Assembly (NCBI GenBank): GCA_051748205.1
Contig: JBNJHE010000002.1
Coordinates: forward strand, 1-53,613
Direction of reading: 5' to 3'
Origin: Bacteroidota bacterium
GTDB lineage: Bacteria; Bacteroidota; Bacteroidia; Bacteroidales; PWNQ01
Length of the DNA stretch: 53,613 nt
A program made the translations under genes and the position numbers. Positions 9,617-19,330 of this stretch are shown here, piece by piece. The stretch's first letter is position 1; each line of letters begins with the position of its first letter. The notes under the pieces are model-generated. The model ran no database searches. It was not told the origin of the DNA and worked only from the letters and a program-made list of their open reading frames with translations.

Positions 9617-11395
9617 ATGCAAAAAAGAATACAGGATGCCGTCAAAATTATTGTAAAAGAACTGTATGACATAGAGGCAAGCCCAAAGCAACTGCTGGTT
9701 CAGAAAACCCTGCCCGACTTTGAGGGCGATTTTACTGTCGTTGTTTTCCCGTTTACCAAAATCGCCCGAAAGTCGCCGCAACTGCTTGGCGAGGAAATCG
9801 GGCAAAAGCTAAAGGCATCAATGAGCGAAATAGCCTCATTTAATGTTATTAAAGGCTTTTTAAATCTGACACTAAAAAATGAAGTCTGGCTTGATTTTTT
9901 ACAGGAAAACTATAAGCAGAAGAATTACGGGCTTGTTTCCGAAAAAGCTGAAGGCACAGCGGTTATTGAGTTTTCTTCCCCCAATACGAACAAGCCACTA
10001 CATTTGGGGCATATACGTAATAACCTGTTGGGTGACAGTATTGCCAGAATTCTGGAAGCTGCTGGCCGGGAGGTTAAGCGGGTTAATCTTATCAATGACA
10101 GAGGCATACATATCTGTAAGTCGATGCTGGCCTGGCAAAAGTGGGGGCAAGAGGAAACGCCTGAGCGTTCAGGACTGAAAGGTGATCATTTGGCAGGAAA
10201 GTATTATGTGTTGTTTGATCAGAAGCTAAAGGCAGAAAAGGAAGCACTGCGAAAGCAAGGCGTAGAGGAGGAGATGCTTGAAACAAAGTCAAAACTTATG
10301 GGCGAAGCCCGTGAAATGCTTCGCAAGTGGGAAGCCCGTGATGAAAATGTAATGCAATTATGGAAAAAAATGAATGCATGGGTCTATGATGGCTTTGATG
10401 TTTCTTATCAACGCATGGGCATATCCTTCGACCGGGTTTATTATGAATCGAAGACCTACCTGCTTGGGAAAAAGATGGTTTTAAAAGCATTAGAGCAAGG
10501 GGTGCTGGTGCAAAAAGAGGATGGTTCTGTCTGGGCTGATCTAAGCGACCATAACCTGGATGAAAAAATCCTGCTGCGCAAAGATGGAACTTCGGTGTAT
10601 ATGACGCAGGACCTGGGAACGGCCAAATTGCGAAAAGAAGACTTTGACCCCTCTGAAATGCTATATGTGGTAGGCAATGAACAGGATTATCATTTTACTG
10701 TGCTTAAAATAATACTGAAAAAAATGGGCTATGACTGGGGCCGTCTTATCGAACATATATCCTATGGTATGGTAGAATTGCCCCATGGGAAGATGAAAAG
10801 CCGCGAAGGAACTGTCGTTGATGCCGATGATTTGATGGATGAGATGTTGGAAACAGCCCGTAAAATGACCAGCGAACTTGGCAAAATTGACGATCTGAAT
10901 AGCCCTGATGCCCAAAAACTCTATGAGACAATTAGCATGGGCGCACTGAAATATTTTATTCTGAAAGTCGACCCGAAAAAGAATATGCTTTTTAACCCTG
11001 ATGAATCGGTTAATTTTAATGGACATACCGGGCCGTTTATTCAGTATACCCATGCCCGTATTCAATCGTTGTTAAGGAAAAGTAATGCCATCGTACCGGA
11101 TGTTTCATTATATGATCCAATGAAAATGCTGACAGTGGAAAAAAATATTCTTATAAAACTGGCTGAGTATCCAACGGTGATACAGGATGCTGCCCGAGAG
11201 AAAAATCCGGCAGTGGTGGCGAATTTTACCTTTGAGCTGGTGAAAATGTATAATGCTTTTTATCAGGATGTCCCAGTATTAAAGGAAAACGATAATTCAA
11301 TTGTCCATTTCCGCCTGGCTATGTCTGTTTTCGTTGGTCATGTGGTGAAGTCATCAATGAAATTGCTTGGTATTCAGGTGCCTGATAGAATGTAA
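9617..11395 (+). CDS. argS: Arginine--tRNA ligase
   Basis: It has the class I HIGH motif (SSPNTNKPLHLGHIRN), a KMSK-like MKSREG motif, and a C-terminal DALR-type anticodon-binding region. Length is 592 aa. Confidence 0.9.
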   Translation: MQKRIQDAVKIIVKELYDIEASPKQLLVQKTLPDFEGDFTVVVFPFTKIARKSPQLLGEEIGQKLKASMSEIASFNVIKGFLNLTLKNEVWLDFLQENYKQKNYGLVSEKAEGTAVIEFSSPNTNKPLHLGHIRNNLLGDSIARILEAAGREVKRVNLINDRGIHICKSMLAWQKWGQEETPERSGLKGDHLAGKYYVLFDQKLKAEKEALRKQGVEEEMLETKSKLMGEAREMLRKWEARDENVMQLWKKMNAWVYDGFDVSYQRMGISFDRVYYESKTYLLGKKMVLKALEQGVLVQKEDGSVWADLSDHNLDEKILLRKDGTSVYMTQDLGTAKLRKEDFDPSEMLYVVGNEQDYHFTVLKIILKKMGYDWGRLIEHISYGMVELPHGKMKSREGTVVDADDLMDEMLETARKMTSELGKIDDLNSPDAQKLYETISMGALKYFILKVDPKKNMLFNPDESVNFNGHTGPFIQYTHARIQSLLRKSNAIVPDVSLYDPMKMLTVEKNILIKLAEYPTVIQDAAREKNPAVVANFTFELVKMYNAFYQDVPVLKENDNSIVHFRLAMSVFVGHVVKSSMKLLGIQVPDRM

Positions 11396-11406
11396 GCAGT
11401 AGAATA

Positions 11407-11835
11407 TTAATCTAACATCCTGCGCTTAAATTCAGCCTTTTGAGGTTCGGTAAATGAGGTGTTATTCTCAATGCATTCGATAATGCGTGTCTTAAACCTC
11501 CAGCACGTCATATGACGAATTTCCATTTCTTCTGATAGCTTGTAACTTGATATATTCGGTTTATTGCATACCAGATAAGTCATCTTAAAGGCGTCGGGTA
11601 AATAAATCCGGCAGCGATGAAACATGGTGTGCGCTGTGGCTGACTCCTCTGCTTTGCATCGTGTGCATCTTCTTGCGTAGGGCGTTTTGCCCTTGCAATA
11701 ATTGGTGTGACCGCATTTGCGACATTTGAAACCATCTTTCCATTTTAATTCGGAAAGAAATTTAAGGCAGGCCTTTTCTGTTGAAAAGCGCCTGGCAAAA
11801 TCACTGTCTTCCAAATTTTCAAATAATGATTTCAA
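11407..11835 (-). CDS. IS1595-type transposase N-terminal zinc-ribbon/HTH protein lacking a DDE catalytic domain (truncated relic or domesticated DNA-binding protein)
   Basis: The CRKCGH...CTRC zinc ribbon is preceded by FSTEKACLKFLSELKWKDGFKC, as in the IS1595/ISXO2 transposase N-terminus. The ORF stops after 142 aa, 11 nt from the argS stop, so no room remains for a DDE domain. Confidence 0.6.
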   Translation of the reverse strand: MKSLFENLEDSDFARRFSTEKACLKFLSELKWKDGFKCRKCGHTNYCKGKTPYARRCTRCKAEESATAHTMFHRCRIYLPDAFKMTYLVCNKPNISSYKLSEEMEIRHMTCWRFKTRIIECIENNTSFTEPQKAEFKRRMLD

Positions 11836-11884
11836 AACATTTTAGCAATTAACTTGTTAAACGAATAAATAAAGATTGGTGTTG

Positions 11885-11892
11885 CAAAAATA
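11885..11892 (-). promoter_or_regulatory. Bacteroidetes -7 promoter box for the zinc-ribbon gene
   Basis: The minus strand reads TATTTTTG, 49 nt upstream of the ATG at 11835. Confidence 0.35.
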
Positions 11893-11935
11893 ATAAAAAA
11901 AGTGATATTAAAGCGCTATATTAAAAAATTGTTTT

Positions 11936-11943
11936 TATCTTTG
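11936..11943 (+). promoter_or_regulatory. Bacteroidetes -7 promoter box for the thioredoxin pair
   Basis: TATCTTTG matches TAnnTTTG, 27 nt upstream of the ATG at 11971. Confidence 0.45.
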
Positions 11944-11970
11944 CACCGAAATTTTTAGAAAACAGATAAT

Positions 11971-12591
11971 ATGCAAACATTTAAAGTAACCTTTTTATTC
12001 GCGGCATTATTTGCGTTTATTTCATGCGGCAATTCATCGGCGGATTCTTCGTCTGAAGGTAAAACCTATTCTGAACAAGGGGATGTTTCCAGTGTTCAAC
12101 AGGATGCAAATCAGGTTGGCAGCATGGATGAAGATCCTAAGGAAAAACAATCCGGCTCAGCTAGTGAGGATAAAAATCAGGAAAAGCAACAATCCGAAAC
12201 CTCAAAAAGTGTTTCTGATAATGAAAGTACAGGTAAGGTTATACAAATGAATAAAGCCATGTTTTTGGAAAAGGTATTTAATTATGAAGATAATCCAGAG
12301 GAGTGGAAATTTAGAGGAGACCGTCCCTGTATTATCGATTTTTATGCCGATTGGTGTGGCCCATGTAAACGTATAGCGCCAATCATGGATGAGTTGGCAG
12401 AGGAATACAAGGGCAAAATTACGATCTATAAAATTGATACCGACAAAGAAAAAGAACTGGCTCAGGTTTTTGGTATTAGAAGCATACCTTCAATCATGTA
12501 TTGTCCTGCAGAAGGTAGGCCCTATATGTACAAAGGTGCTTTTCCAAAGGCTAAGTACCTGGAATTATTAAATAAACATTTTGAATTATAA
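11971..12591 (+). CDS. Thioredoxin-fold lipoprotein (signal peptide plus lipobox Cys, disordered S/D/E/K linker, C-terminal thioredoxin domain)
   Basis: It has a lipoprotein signal (LFAALFAFISCGNSS), a low-complexity linker, and the active site WCGPCK in a roughly 110-aa Trx fold. Confidence 0.8.
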   Translation: MQTFKVTFLFAALFAFISCGNSSADSSSEGKTYSEQGDVSSVQQDANQVGSMDEDPKEKQSGSASEDKNQEKQQSETSKSVSDNESTGKVIQMNKAMFLEKVFNYEDNPEEWKFRGDRPCIIDFYADWCGPCKRIAPIMDELAEEYKGKITIYKIDTDKEKELAQVFGIRSIPSIMYCPAEGRPYMYKGAFPKAKYLELLNKHFEL

Positions 12592-12618
12592 ATTGCAAAA
12601 TCATTAAAGACCAATAAC

Positions 12619-12987
12619 ATGGAGCATTTAACAAAACAAACATTTCTGGAAAAAGTATTCAACTTTGAACAAAACAAAGAGTGGAAATTCGAAGGCGAGC
12701 TTCCATGCATCATAGACTTTTATGCTGACTGGTGTCAGCCGTGTAAGATCGTAGCCCCAATTTTGGAGGAGCTGCAAAAAGAATATGAGGGCAAAATAAA
12801 CATATATAAAATTGACACTGAAGCAGAGCAGGAGCTTGCTGCTGCTTTTGGAATTCGTAGTATTCCTTCAATTTTATTCTGCCCTAAAGATGGACAGCCT
12901 CAAATGGCTCAAGGTGCCCTTCCAAAAGAGACCCTGATTCAAGCTATTGATGATGTCCTCCTGGGAAAAAAACAGGAAGCTAAGTAG
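12619..12987 (+). CDS. Thioredoxin-family protein (cytoplasmic paralog, WCQPC active site)
   Basis: It is 122 aa with active site WCQPCK. It is collinear with, and clearly paralogous to, the C-terminal domain of the upstream gene (FLEKVFN...EWKF.G..PCIIDFYADWC.PCK..API..EL..EY.GKI.IYKIDT). Confidence 0.85.
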   Translation: MEHLTKQTFLEKVFNFEQNKEWKFEGELPCIIDFYADWCQPCKIVAPILEELQKEYEGKINIYKIDTEAEQELAAAFGIRSIPSILFCPKDGQPQMAQGALPKETLIQAIDDVLLGKKQEAK

Positions 12988-13004
12988 TACAAGATTTCGA
13001 TAAA

Positions 13005-13036
13005 GAAAAAAGCCTCATTTCAGGGGCTTTTTTTTT
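13005..13036 (+). terminator. Rho-independent terminator after the thioredoxin pair
   Basis: The sequence aaaaaagcctc-atttca-ggggcttttttttt forms a short GC stem extended by A/T pairing and ends in a 9-nt T-run. Confidence 0.6.
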
Positions 13037-13058
13037 GATTGTGTCAGGGTGCTTTGCG

Positions 13059-13066
13059 TATTTTTG
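13059..13066 (+). promoter_or_regulatory. Bacteroidetes -7 promoter box for the second TonB-dependent receptor
   Basis: TATTTTTG matches TAnnTTTG, 33 nt upstream of the ATG at 13100. Confidence 0.45.
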
Positions 13067-13099
13067 CAGCTTCTAAAAAATCATTAAAAGTTGCAAGAA

Positions 13100-15154
13100 A
13101 TGACAAATACAAAAAGAATTACAGCCCAAAAAATTACCTTTAAGCACTGGTCCCGCCAGTCTTATGCTGTCTTTAATACCTTAAAATCGGAAGTCCGAAT
13201 CGCAAGCCTTGCCTTAGCTGTAGCTGCTGTTATGGTGCCTAAAGATGGCAAAACTCAGAAAAAAGATAGCACGGATCTTCATAAAGTTGTCGATATGGAG
13301 GAGGTCGTGGTTAGTGCTCAAAGGGAAGAAGTCTTATACAGTGACCTGGCGCGGACTGTGGAGGTTATTACAAGCCGGGATATACAACAGCTGCCGGTAA
13401 CGACTTTCGACCAACTGTTGGAATATGCGCTTAATGCTGATGTGAGAAGCAGAGGTGCTTTTGGCGTCCAGGCTGATGTGTCTCTTCGCGCCGGATCACC
13501 CGATCAGGTGATGATTCTCTTAAATGGAATCAATATTTCAAACCCCCAAACAGCGCATCATAACCTTAACCTTCCTGTTGATCTTTCGGCAGTTAAACGT
13601 GTAGAAATACTCTCCGGTCCCGCTTCACGCGTCTTTGGCCCCAATGCCTTTAACGGTGCTATTAATTTTATTACCGGCGCTGCTGAAGATTCTTCACTTA
13701 ATATTTCCCTTACTGCCGGGCAGCATCACCTATTTAATTCCACTGCAACAAGCTCTTTCTATACTAAAAATGTAAAGCATTTTGTGGCTTCCGCCTTTTC
13801 CTTATCCGAGGGATATCGGGAAAATACTGATTTTATCTATGGGAATTTGTTTTATCAGGGCAGATGGAAACCCTTTAAAAATCAAAGTATCTCATGGCAA
13901 ATGGGAGCAAATGCAAAACAGTTTGGGGCCAATAGCTTTTACACACCAGAATATCCTGACCAATTCGAAGCTATACGATCCTCTTTTGGTAGTTTGCGCT
14001 ATCAGATAAATAAACAAATCAAAACGGATTTTAAAGTTTACTGGAATAGGCATCACGATCGTTTTGAGTTGTTTCGCCATAAAGCACCCTCGTGGTACAC
14101 TGGTCATAACTATCATTTGGCCGAGGTTGCAGGTGCTTCAGTGAATTTTTTACTTCCCCTGAGCAATGGTCGCCTTTCTTCCGGCTTCGAATATCGTTTT
14201 GAAGGCATTAAAAGCAATGTGCTTGGGGAACCCCTGAATGATTCTTTGCTTGTGCCGCGTGAAGATGAAGCATGGTTTACACATGCTAAAAACCGTAATA
14301 ACTTTAGTGCCTATGCTGAATATTCCCTGCAGTGGCAAAAATTCTATTTCTCGTCTGGAATAATGGCTAATTATAATCAGGATCAACCGCATCACTGGGC
14401 TTATTTTCCAGGTCTTGACATAAACTACAAAATTAGTTCTAAACTTCAGGCTTATGCCTCTATGGCTAATGGTCTACGGTTACCAACCTTTACCGAGTTA
14501 TACTATGAAGGGCCGGTAAATAAAGGTAATGCTGATTTGAAACCCGAAACCTCAAGTACTCTTGAAGTGGGTATGCGATATTTTAGAAAAGCTACGAAAA
14601 CGAATATAAGCTTGTATCAGCGCTGGGGCGAAAACATCATTGACTGGGCCCGAAAAGCCGAGCAGGAACAATGGCAGACACTTAATGTGAATCATTTGAT
14701 TACACGTGGATTGTCAATACAATCTCTTGTATTACTTGAAGACCTGATGACGGTTGATTATTTTACATCGCTGAAGATAAAATATACTATGGCTGACCAA
14801 AAAAAGACTACTGAAGAATATATATCCCGTTATGCATTGGATTATTTGCGTCATAAATTGAGTTTTTCCCTGCAAATGAAGATGCTGAAAAATTTCAGTG
14901 CTAATATTACGACTGCCTGGCAGGACAGAGCTGGTGAATTCATAATATACAGCGATGGGGCTTATGGTCAGTCCGTTTCTTATGATCCTTTTTGGATGGT
15001 GGATGTCAAGCTTCAGTATAGCCCCAAAGCCTGGGATTTCTTTATTAAAGTTTCTAATTTATGCAATACAGCGTATTATGATATTGGGAACATTCCACAG
15101 CCAGGACGCTGGATTTCGGCTGGCTTAAACTTTCAATTGGATTTTGGCGCTTAG
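13100..15154 (+). CDS. TonB-dependent outer-membrane receptor (plug plus 22-strand barrel type)
   Basis: The plug region contains VVVSAQREE, INISNPQTAHHNLNLP and VKRVEILSGPASRVFGPNAFNGAINFIT, followed by a beta-barrel. An alternative TTG start lies at 13091. Confidence 0.8.
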   Translation: MTNTKRITAQKITFKHWSRQSYAVFNTLKSEVRIASLALAVAAVMVPKDGKTQKKDSTDLHKVVDMEEVVVSAQREEVLYSDLARTVEVITSRDIQQLPVTTFDQLLEYALNADVRSRGAFGVQADVSLRAGSPDQVMILLNGINISNPQTAHHNLNLPVDLSAVKRVEILSGPASRVFGPNAFNGAINFITGAAEDSSLNISLTAGQHHLFNSTATSSFYTKNVKHFVASAFSLSEGYRENTDFIYGNLFYQGRWKPFKNQSISWQMGANAKQFGANSFYTPEYPDQFEAIRSSFGSLRYQINKQIKTDFKVYWNRHHDRFELFRHKAPSWYTGHNYHLAEVAGASVNFLLPLSNGRLSSGFEYRFEGIKSNVLGEPLNDSLLVPREDEAWFTHAKNRNNFSAYAEYSLQWQKFYFSSGIMANYNQDQPHHWAYFPGLDINYKISSKLQAYASMANGLRLPTFTELYYEGPVNKGNADLKPETSSTLEVGMRYFRKATKTNISLYQRWGENIIDWARKAEQEQWQTLNVNHLITRGLSIQSLVLLEDLMTVDYFTSLKIKYTMADQKKTTEEYISRYALDYLRHKLSFSLQMKMLKNFSANITTAWQDRAGEFIIYSDGAYGQSVSYDPFWMVDVKLQYSPKAWDFFIKVSNLCNTAYYDIGNIPQPGRWISAGLNFQLDFGA

Positions 15155-15319
15155 TTGTTTCTGGTTAATGGGCAGGGATTATTTATAATACTTTCTTTAC
15201 TGACTTATTGACAGGGGATTCGTGAAGTTTTGTTTATAAATTGTGAATTCTGGTAGATATCCAACCAACTTTAGCGAAAAAAAACTTGTCTATTCCTTGT
15301 CATGCAAAGTATTTTGAAT

Positions 15320-15327
15320 TATTTTTG
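15320..15327 (+). promoter_or_regulatory. Bacteroidetes -7 promoter box for the T9SS cargo operon
   Basis: TATTTTTG lies 10 nt upstream of the ATG at 15338. This favours the MKHLTISLIL start over the ATG at 15302, which is upstream of the box. Confidence 0.4.
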
Positions 15328-15337
15328 CTACAGTGCT

Positions 15338-18300
15338 ATGAAACATTTAACTATTTCATTGATTCTGATACATCTGATTCTTCTCCCTTCAATCCTCCTG
15401 GCTCATAACGAAGGACATGAAGCAAAGAATGTGTTATTTGTTGAAAATAAAGGTCAATGGGGAGATAAGCCATTTTATCGCAGTGAGTTTCATGGTGGCT
15501 ACGGATATTTTGAGCCGGGACAAATCACTTACGTGGTGAAAGATATGGAAGCTATGGGTGATTTGCTTGGCTTTAAGATGAAGCCGGATGAATACAAACA
15601 GGAAAATAAGCCTAATTTCAATATTCCTCATCATGCCTATAGGCTTATTTTTGAAGGAGCTAATCAGAATGCCCGGGTGATTCCGGAGGGGAAAACCCCT
15701 GATTACAACAACTATTATTTGGGTAATAATGAAGCCAAATGGGCCTCACACGTCAGGAAATATACACAGATCACGTATCAGGAATTGTATCCGGGCATTA
15801 ACCTGCGCTTTAATCAGGTGGATCATTTCATGAAATATACCTTTGAAGTTGATGCCGGTGTTCATCCCGGGCGTATTGCCATGACATATAATCATATTGA
15901 AAGGCTGCGCCTGAAAAATGAACGCCTGATCATAAAAACCAGTGTGCATGATGTAGTGGAAGCTGAGCCCTATGCATATCAGATTATTGAGGGTGACACG
16001 GTTGATATCCCCTGTCGTTTTACATTGGATGATCATACCGTAGGTTATGAGTTTCCTGGCGGCTATAATCAGAACTATCCATTGTTTATTGATCCTACGC
16101 TGGTTTTTTCTACCTATTCAGGATCTACTTCTGATAACTGGGGCTATACGGCGACATACGATTCGGACGGTTATGCCTATGGCGGAGGTACATCTTTTGG
16201 ATCAGGATATCCCACCACCATGGGATCCTACGATGTTGATTATAGTGGGGGAGGCTGCGATATGGTTATTACCAAATATGATACAACCGGATCGAACCTG
16301 ATATACTCCACCTACCTCGGCGGCTCAGGTGTGGATGTGCCTCATAGCCTTGTCTGTAATAGTTATGACCATTTGATTGTGCTTGGAACTACCGGATCCA
16401 GTGATTTCCCAACAACGACCAATGCTTTTGATACAACCTTTAACGGTGGAACACAGTATACACTTACTTCCATTATAAATTATGCCAACGGTTCTGATAT
16501 CACTTTGTCAAAATTTACAGAAGACGGAACACAGCTTATGAGCTCTACCTATGTAGGAGGCTCTGGTAATGATGGATTGAATTCTGCACCTGACCTGAAG
16601 TATAATTATGCCGACGAAGTTAGAGGTGAGGTGATGGTGGATGATTATGATGCTATTTTTGTTGCTTCCTCTACTTATTCATCCGATTTTCCGATGAAGG
16701 GCAATGGTTTTCAGAAAACGATCGGAGGCGGACAGGACGGAATCATTTTTAAAATGTCTTCGATGATGGATGGACTGTATTGGTCCAGTTTTATGGGAGG
16801 TTCCGGAGATGATGCCCTTTACAATATTTCTGTTAGCCTGCAGTCCAGTCTTTATGTGGCAGGAGGGACAAACTCTCAAAACCTGCCGGTGAGCAAAGGA
16901 GCATATCAATCTTCTTTTCAGGGTGGCAGCGCTGATGGATTTGTTAGTTATATCAATAATGCAGGCGATCAGCTTTTAGCATGCACCTATTTTGGGTCTT
17001 CGGCTTATGATCAGGTTTATTTTGTTGATGAAGATTTGGATCATGGCGTTTATGTCCTTGGGCAAACCGGGGCATCAGGTAATACTTATGTGTATAATGC
17101 ACCCTGGAATCAGCCTGGCGGTGGCCAGTTTGTGAGCCAGATAAGTAAATACCTGAAAACAGTTACCTTTTCCACTGCTTTTGGTAATGCGTCTAATCCT
17201 GGTCCTGATATTTCGCCTACCTCTTTTATGGTAGACTTTTGTGGTGGCCTTTATATCGCCGGATGGGGTGGCGGCCTGAATAATTTTGGCGGCACCTCCG
17301 GATTACCGGTTACAGCAGATGCTTATCAAAAAACCACAGACAATAACGATTATTACTTTATGGTGCTTGAAAAAGATGCCCAGGACCTGCATTATGCAAC
17401 CTTTTTTGGCGGTAATCAAAATGTGGGAGAGCATGTGGATGGGGGCACCAGCCGGTTTTCAAAAAAAGGGGCTATCTATCAGGCAATCTGTAGTGGCTGT
17501 GGCGGCTATTCCGACATGCCTACAACACCCAACGCCTGGTCGTCGACGAATAACAGCTCGAATTGTAACCTGGCTGTAGTTAAGTTTAAATTTGATGTAA
17601 AAGCGGTTATTGCTGATTTTAAACGTCCTGAATCAGGCTGCGTGCCGTATCATTTGCAATTGGAAAACCGCTCCTTTTCCTCCGGAACAGATACCCATTA
17701 TTACTGGGATTTTGGCGACGGTGATACATCAATGGCTTATGAACCTGCGCATACCTACACAGAACAAGGCGTTTATCAAATTACACTGGTGGTGGTCGAT
17801 TCTACTACCTGCAATATCTCCGATTCAGCAGCTTACAATATTCTTGTCCTGGGTGATACCACTTACTCCCTGCCTGCTGTCTCAGCATGTAAAGGCGATT
17901 CAGTTTATATCGGAATCCCTTCCTATAACAACCCTTCTGTAATTTATAACTGGAGCCCAACTACCTATCTCCCCGGAATTACCTATATGCCGGTCAACAA
18001 TATTAGTAAACCCAATACCATGATTCTGCCCCGTACTGATACAAATTTTATTCTGACAATTGATAATCAGGTTTGTGTCGATTCTGTTATTCAGCCTGTC
18101 GAAGTCATTGACCTACTAGCTGATGCCGGCCCCGATCAGTTGTTGTGTGACAGTGTGGTGACTTTTAACGGTAGTGGGGCTGGAAGTGATACCTTGTACT
18201 ATTTCTGGTCCTCTTCGGGTAGCTTTTCTGATACCCTCAACGCAGATACGACCGTCCCGGACCTTACGCATATTGTCAATAATAGTCAGGATTTTTATTT

Positions 18301-19330
18301 CAAAGTTACTGATGGTAAGTGTGAAGCTGTGGATACGGTTAATGTCGATTTTTTGATTGATGTCGTCGACTCAACAGCGACACCAACATGTCATGGCGAT
18401 TGCGATGGCAGAATAAAAGTTACTGCCGTAGGCGGTAACGGACCGTATTCCTATCAATGGGATAACGGTATGAGTGGACCGGTAATTGATAATCTCTGTG
18501 GGGGTACCTATACAGTTACTGTCTATGACAGCGATTCCTGCCTGGCGGTTAAAACAATCAGTATTCCTGATCCCGCTCCTTTAAATAATAGCTTTGCTGT
18601 TTTTAATGCTCCCTGTGAGGAGGTTTGTATTGGCGAAGCCGCCTCCAGCCCCTCAGGAGGAACGGCTCCTTATAACTTCATCTGGAGCGATGGGCAAACT
18701 TCTGATACTGCTTCGCAACTTTGTGTCGGCCAGTATTACCTTACGATTACGGATGATCATGGGTGTAAATATCAGGATACTGTCGATGTTAATGATGCTT
18801 CAGTGAATTTTGACTTTACAGCTCATGCCGAAAAAGATACTATTTATCAGGGGCAGTCAACACGCTTATATACACAGGATACCTTGAACTATTTTTATAG
18901 TTGGACGCCTGCTGAAAGTCTGGAGACACCAAATAGTGCTTCTACAAAAGCATCTCCTGAGCAAACGACTACTTATATTTTAACGGTTTCTGACCAATAT
19001 GGGTGTACCTTTACCGATACTATTACGATCTTTGTGAAGGAGGTTAGCTGCGGGCCACCCTATATTTTTGTTCCCAATGCTTTTACACCCAATGGTGATG
19101 GGAATAACGATGTCTTATATGTGAGGACACAGTTTGCTGACGAGGTTTATTTTGCCGTTTATCATCGCTGGGGTGAAAAAGTTTTTGAAACGACGAACAA
19201 AGATATTGGTTGGGATGGAAAAATCAATGGGAAACAAGCAGATGCTGGTGTGTACGTGTATCGTTTACGTGTTCGCTGTTTTACAAAAGAAGTATATGAA
19301 GAAAGTGGAAATGTAACCTTGATACGATGA
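15338..19330 (+). CDS. Large T9SS-secreted cell-surface protein with beta-propeller-like repeats, PKD domain, SprB repeats and a type-B T9SS C-terminal sorting domain
   Basis: It has a signal peptide and repeated STY(L/V/F)GGSG.D segments. A PKD-like motif is present (YYWDFGDGDTS...HTY). Two SprB-type repeats occur (CHGDCDGRIKVTAVGGNGPYSYQWDNG and CIGEAASSPSGGTAPYNFIWSDG). The C-terminus FVPNAFTPNGDGNNDVLYV...GWDGKINGKQADAGVYVY is the gliding-motility-associated CTD (TIGR04131 type). Confidence 0.85.
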   Translation: MKHLTISLILIHLILLPSILLAHNEGHEAKNVLFVENKGQWGDKPFYRSEFHGGYGYFEPGQITYVVKDMEAMGDLLGFKMKPDEYKQENKPNFNIPHHAYRLIFEGANQNARVIPEGKTPDYNNYYLGNNEAKWASHVRKYTQITYQELYPGINLRFNQVDHFMKYTFEVDAGVHPGRIAMTYNHIERLRLKNERLIIKTSVHDVVEAEPYAYQIIEGDTVDIPCRFTLDDHTVGYEFPGGYNQNYPLFIDPTLVFSTYSGSTSDNWGYTATYDSDGYAYGGGTSFGSGYPTTMGSYDVDYSGGGCDMVITKYDTTGSNLIYSTYLGGSGVDVPHSLVCNSYDHLIVLGTTGSSDFPTTTNAFDTTFNGGTQYTLTSIINYANGSDITLSKFTEDGTQLMSSTYVGGSGNDGLNSAPDLKYNYADEVRGEVMVDDYDAIFVASSTYSSDFPMKGNGFQKTIGGGQDGIIFKMSSMMDGLYWSSFMGGSGDDALYNISVSLQSSLYVAGGTNSQNLPVSKGAYQSSFQGGSADGFVSYINNAGDQLLACTYFGSSAYDQVYFVDEDLDHGVYVLGQTGASGNTYVYNAPWNQPGGGQFVSQISKYLKTVTFSTAFGNASNPGPDISPTSFMVDFCGGLYIAGWGGGLNNFGGTSGLPVTADAYQKTTDNNDYYFMVLEKDAQDLHYATFFGGNQNVGEHVDGGTSRFSKKGAIYQAICSGCGGYSDMPTTPNAWSSTNNSSNCNLAVVKFKFDVKAVIADFKRPESGCVPYHLQLENRSFSSGTDTHYYWDFGDGDTSMAYEPAHTYTEQGVYQITLVVVDSTTCNISDSAAYNILVLGDTTYSLPAVSACKGDSVYIGIPSYNNPSVIYNWSPTTYLPGITYMPVNNISKPNTMILPRTDTNFILTIDNQVCVDSVIQPVEVIDLLADAGPDQLLCDSVVTFNGSGAGSDTLYYFWSSSGSFSDTLNADTTVPDLTHIVNNSQDFYFKVTDGKCEAVDTVNVDFLIDVVDSTATPTCHGDCDGRIKVTAVGGNGPYSYQWDNGMSGPVIDNLCGGTYTVTVYDSDSCLAVKTISIPDPAPLNNSFAVFNAPCEEVCIGEAASSPSGGTAPYNFIWSDGQTSDTASQLCVGQYYLTITDDHGCKYQDTVDVNDASVNFDFTAHAEKDTIYQGQSTRLYTQDTLNYFYSWTPAESLETPNSASTKASPEQTTTYILTVSDQYGCTFTDTITIFVKEVSCGPPYIFVPNAFTPNGDGNNDVLYVRTQFADEVYFAVYHRWGEKVFETTNKDIGWDGKINGKQADAGVYVYRLRVRCFTKEVYEESGNVTLIR

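Noticed and set aside
12988-13099. A cobalamin or other riboswitch upstream of the TonB-dependent receptor
   Set aside because: The spacer holds a terminator and a promoter box, leaving a leader of only about 30 nt. No B12-box-like sequence was seen.
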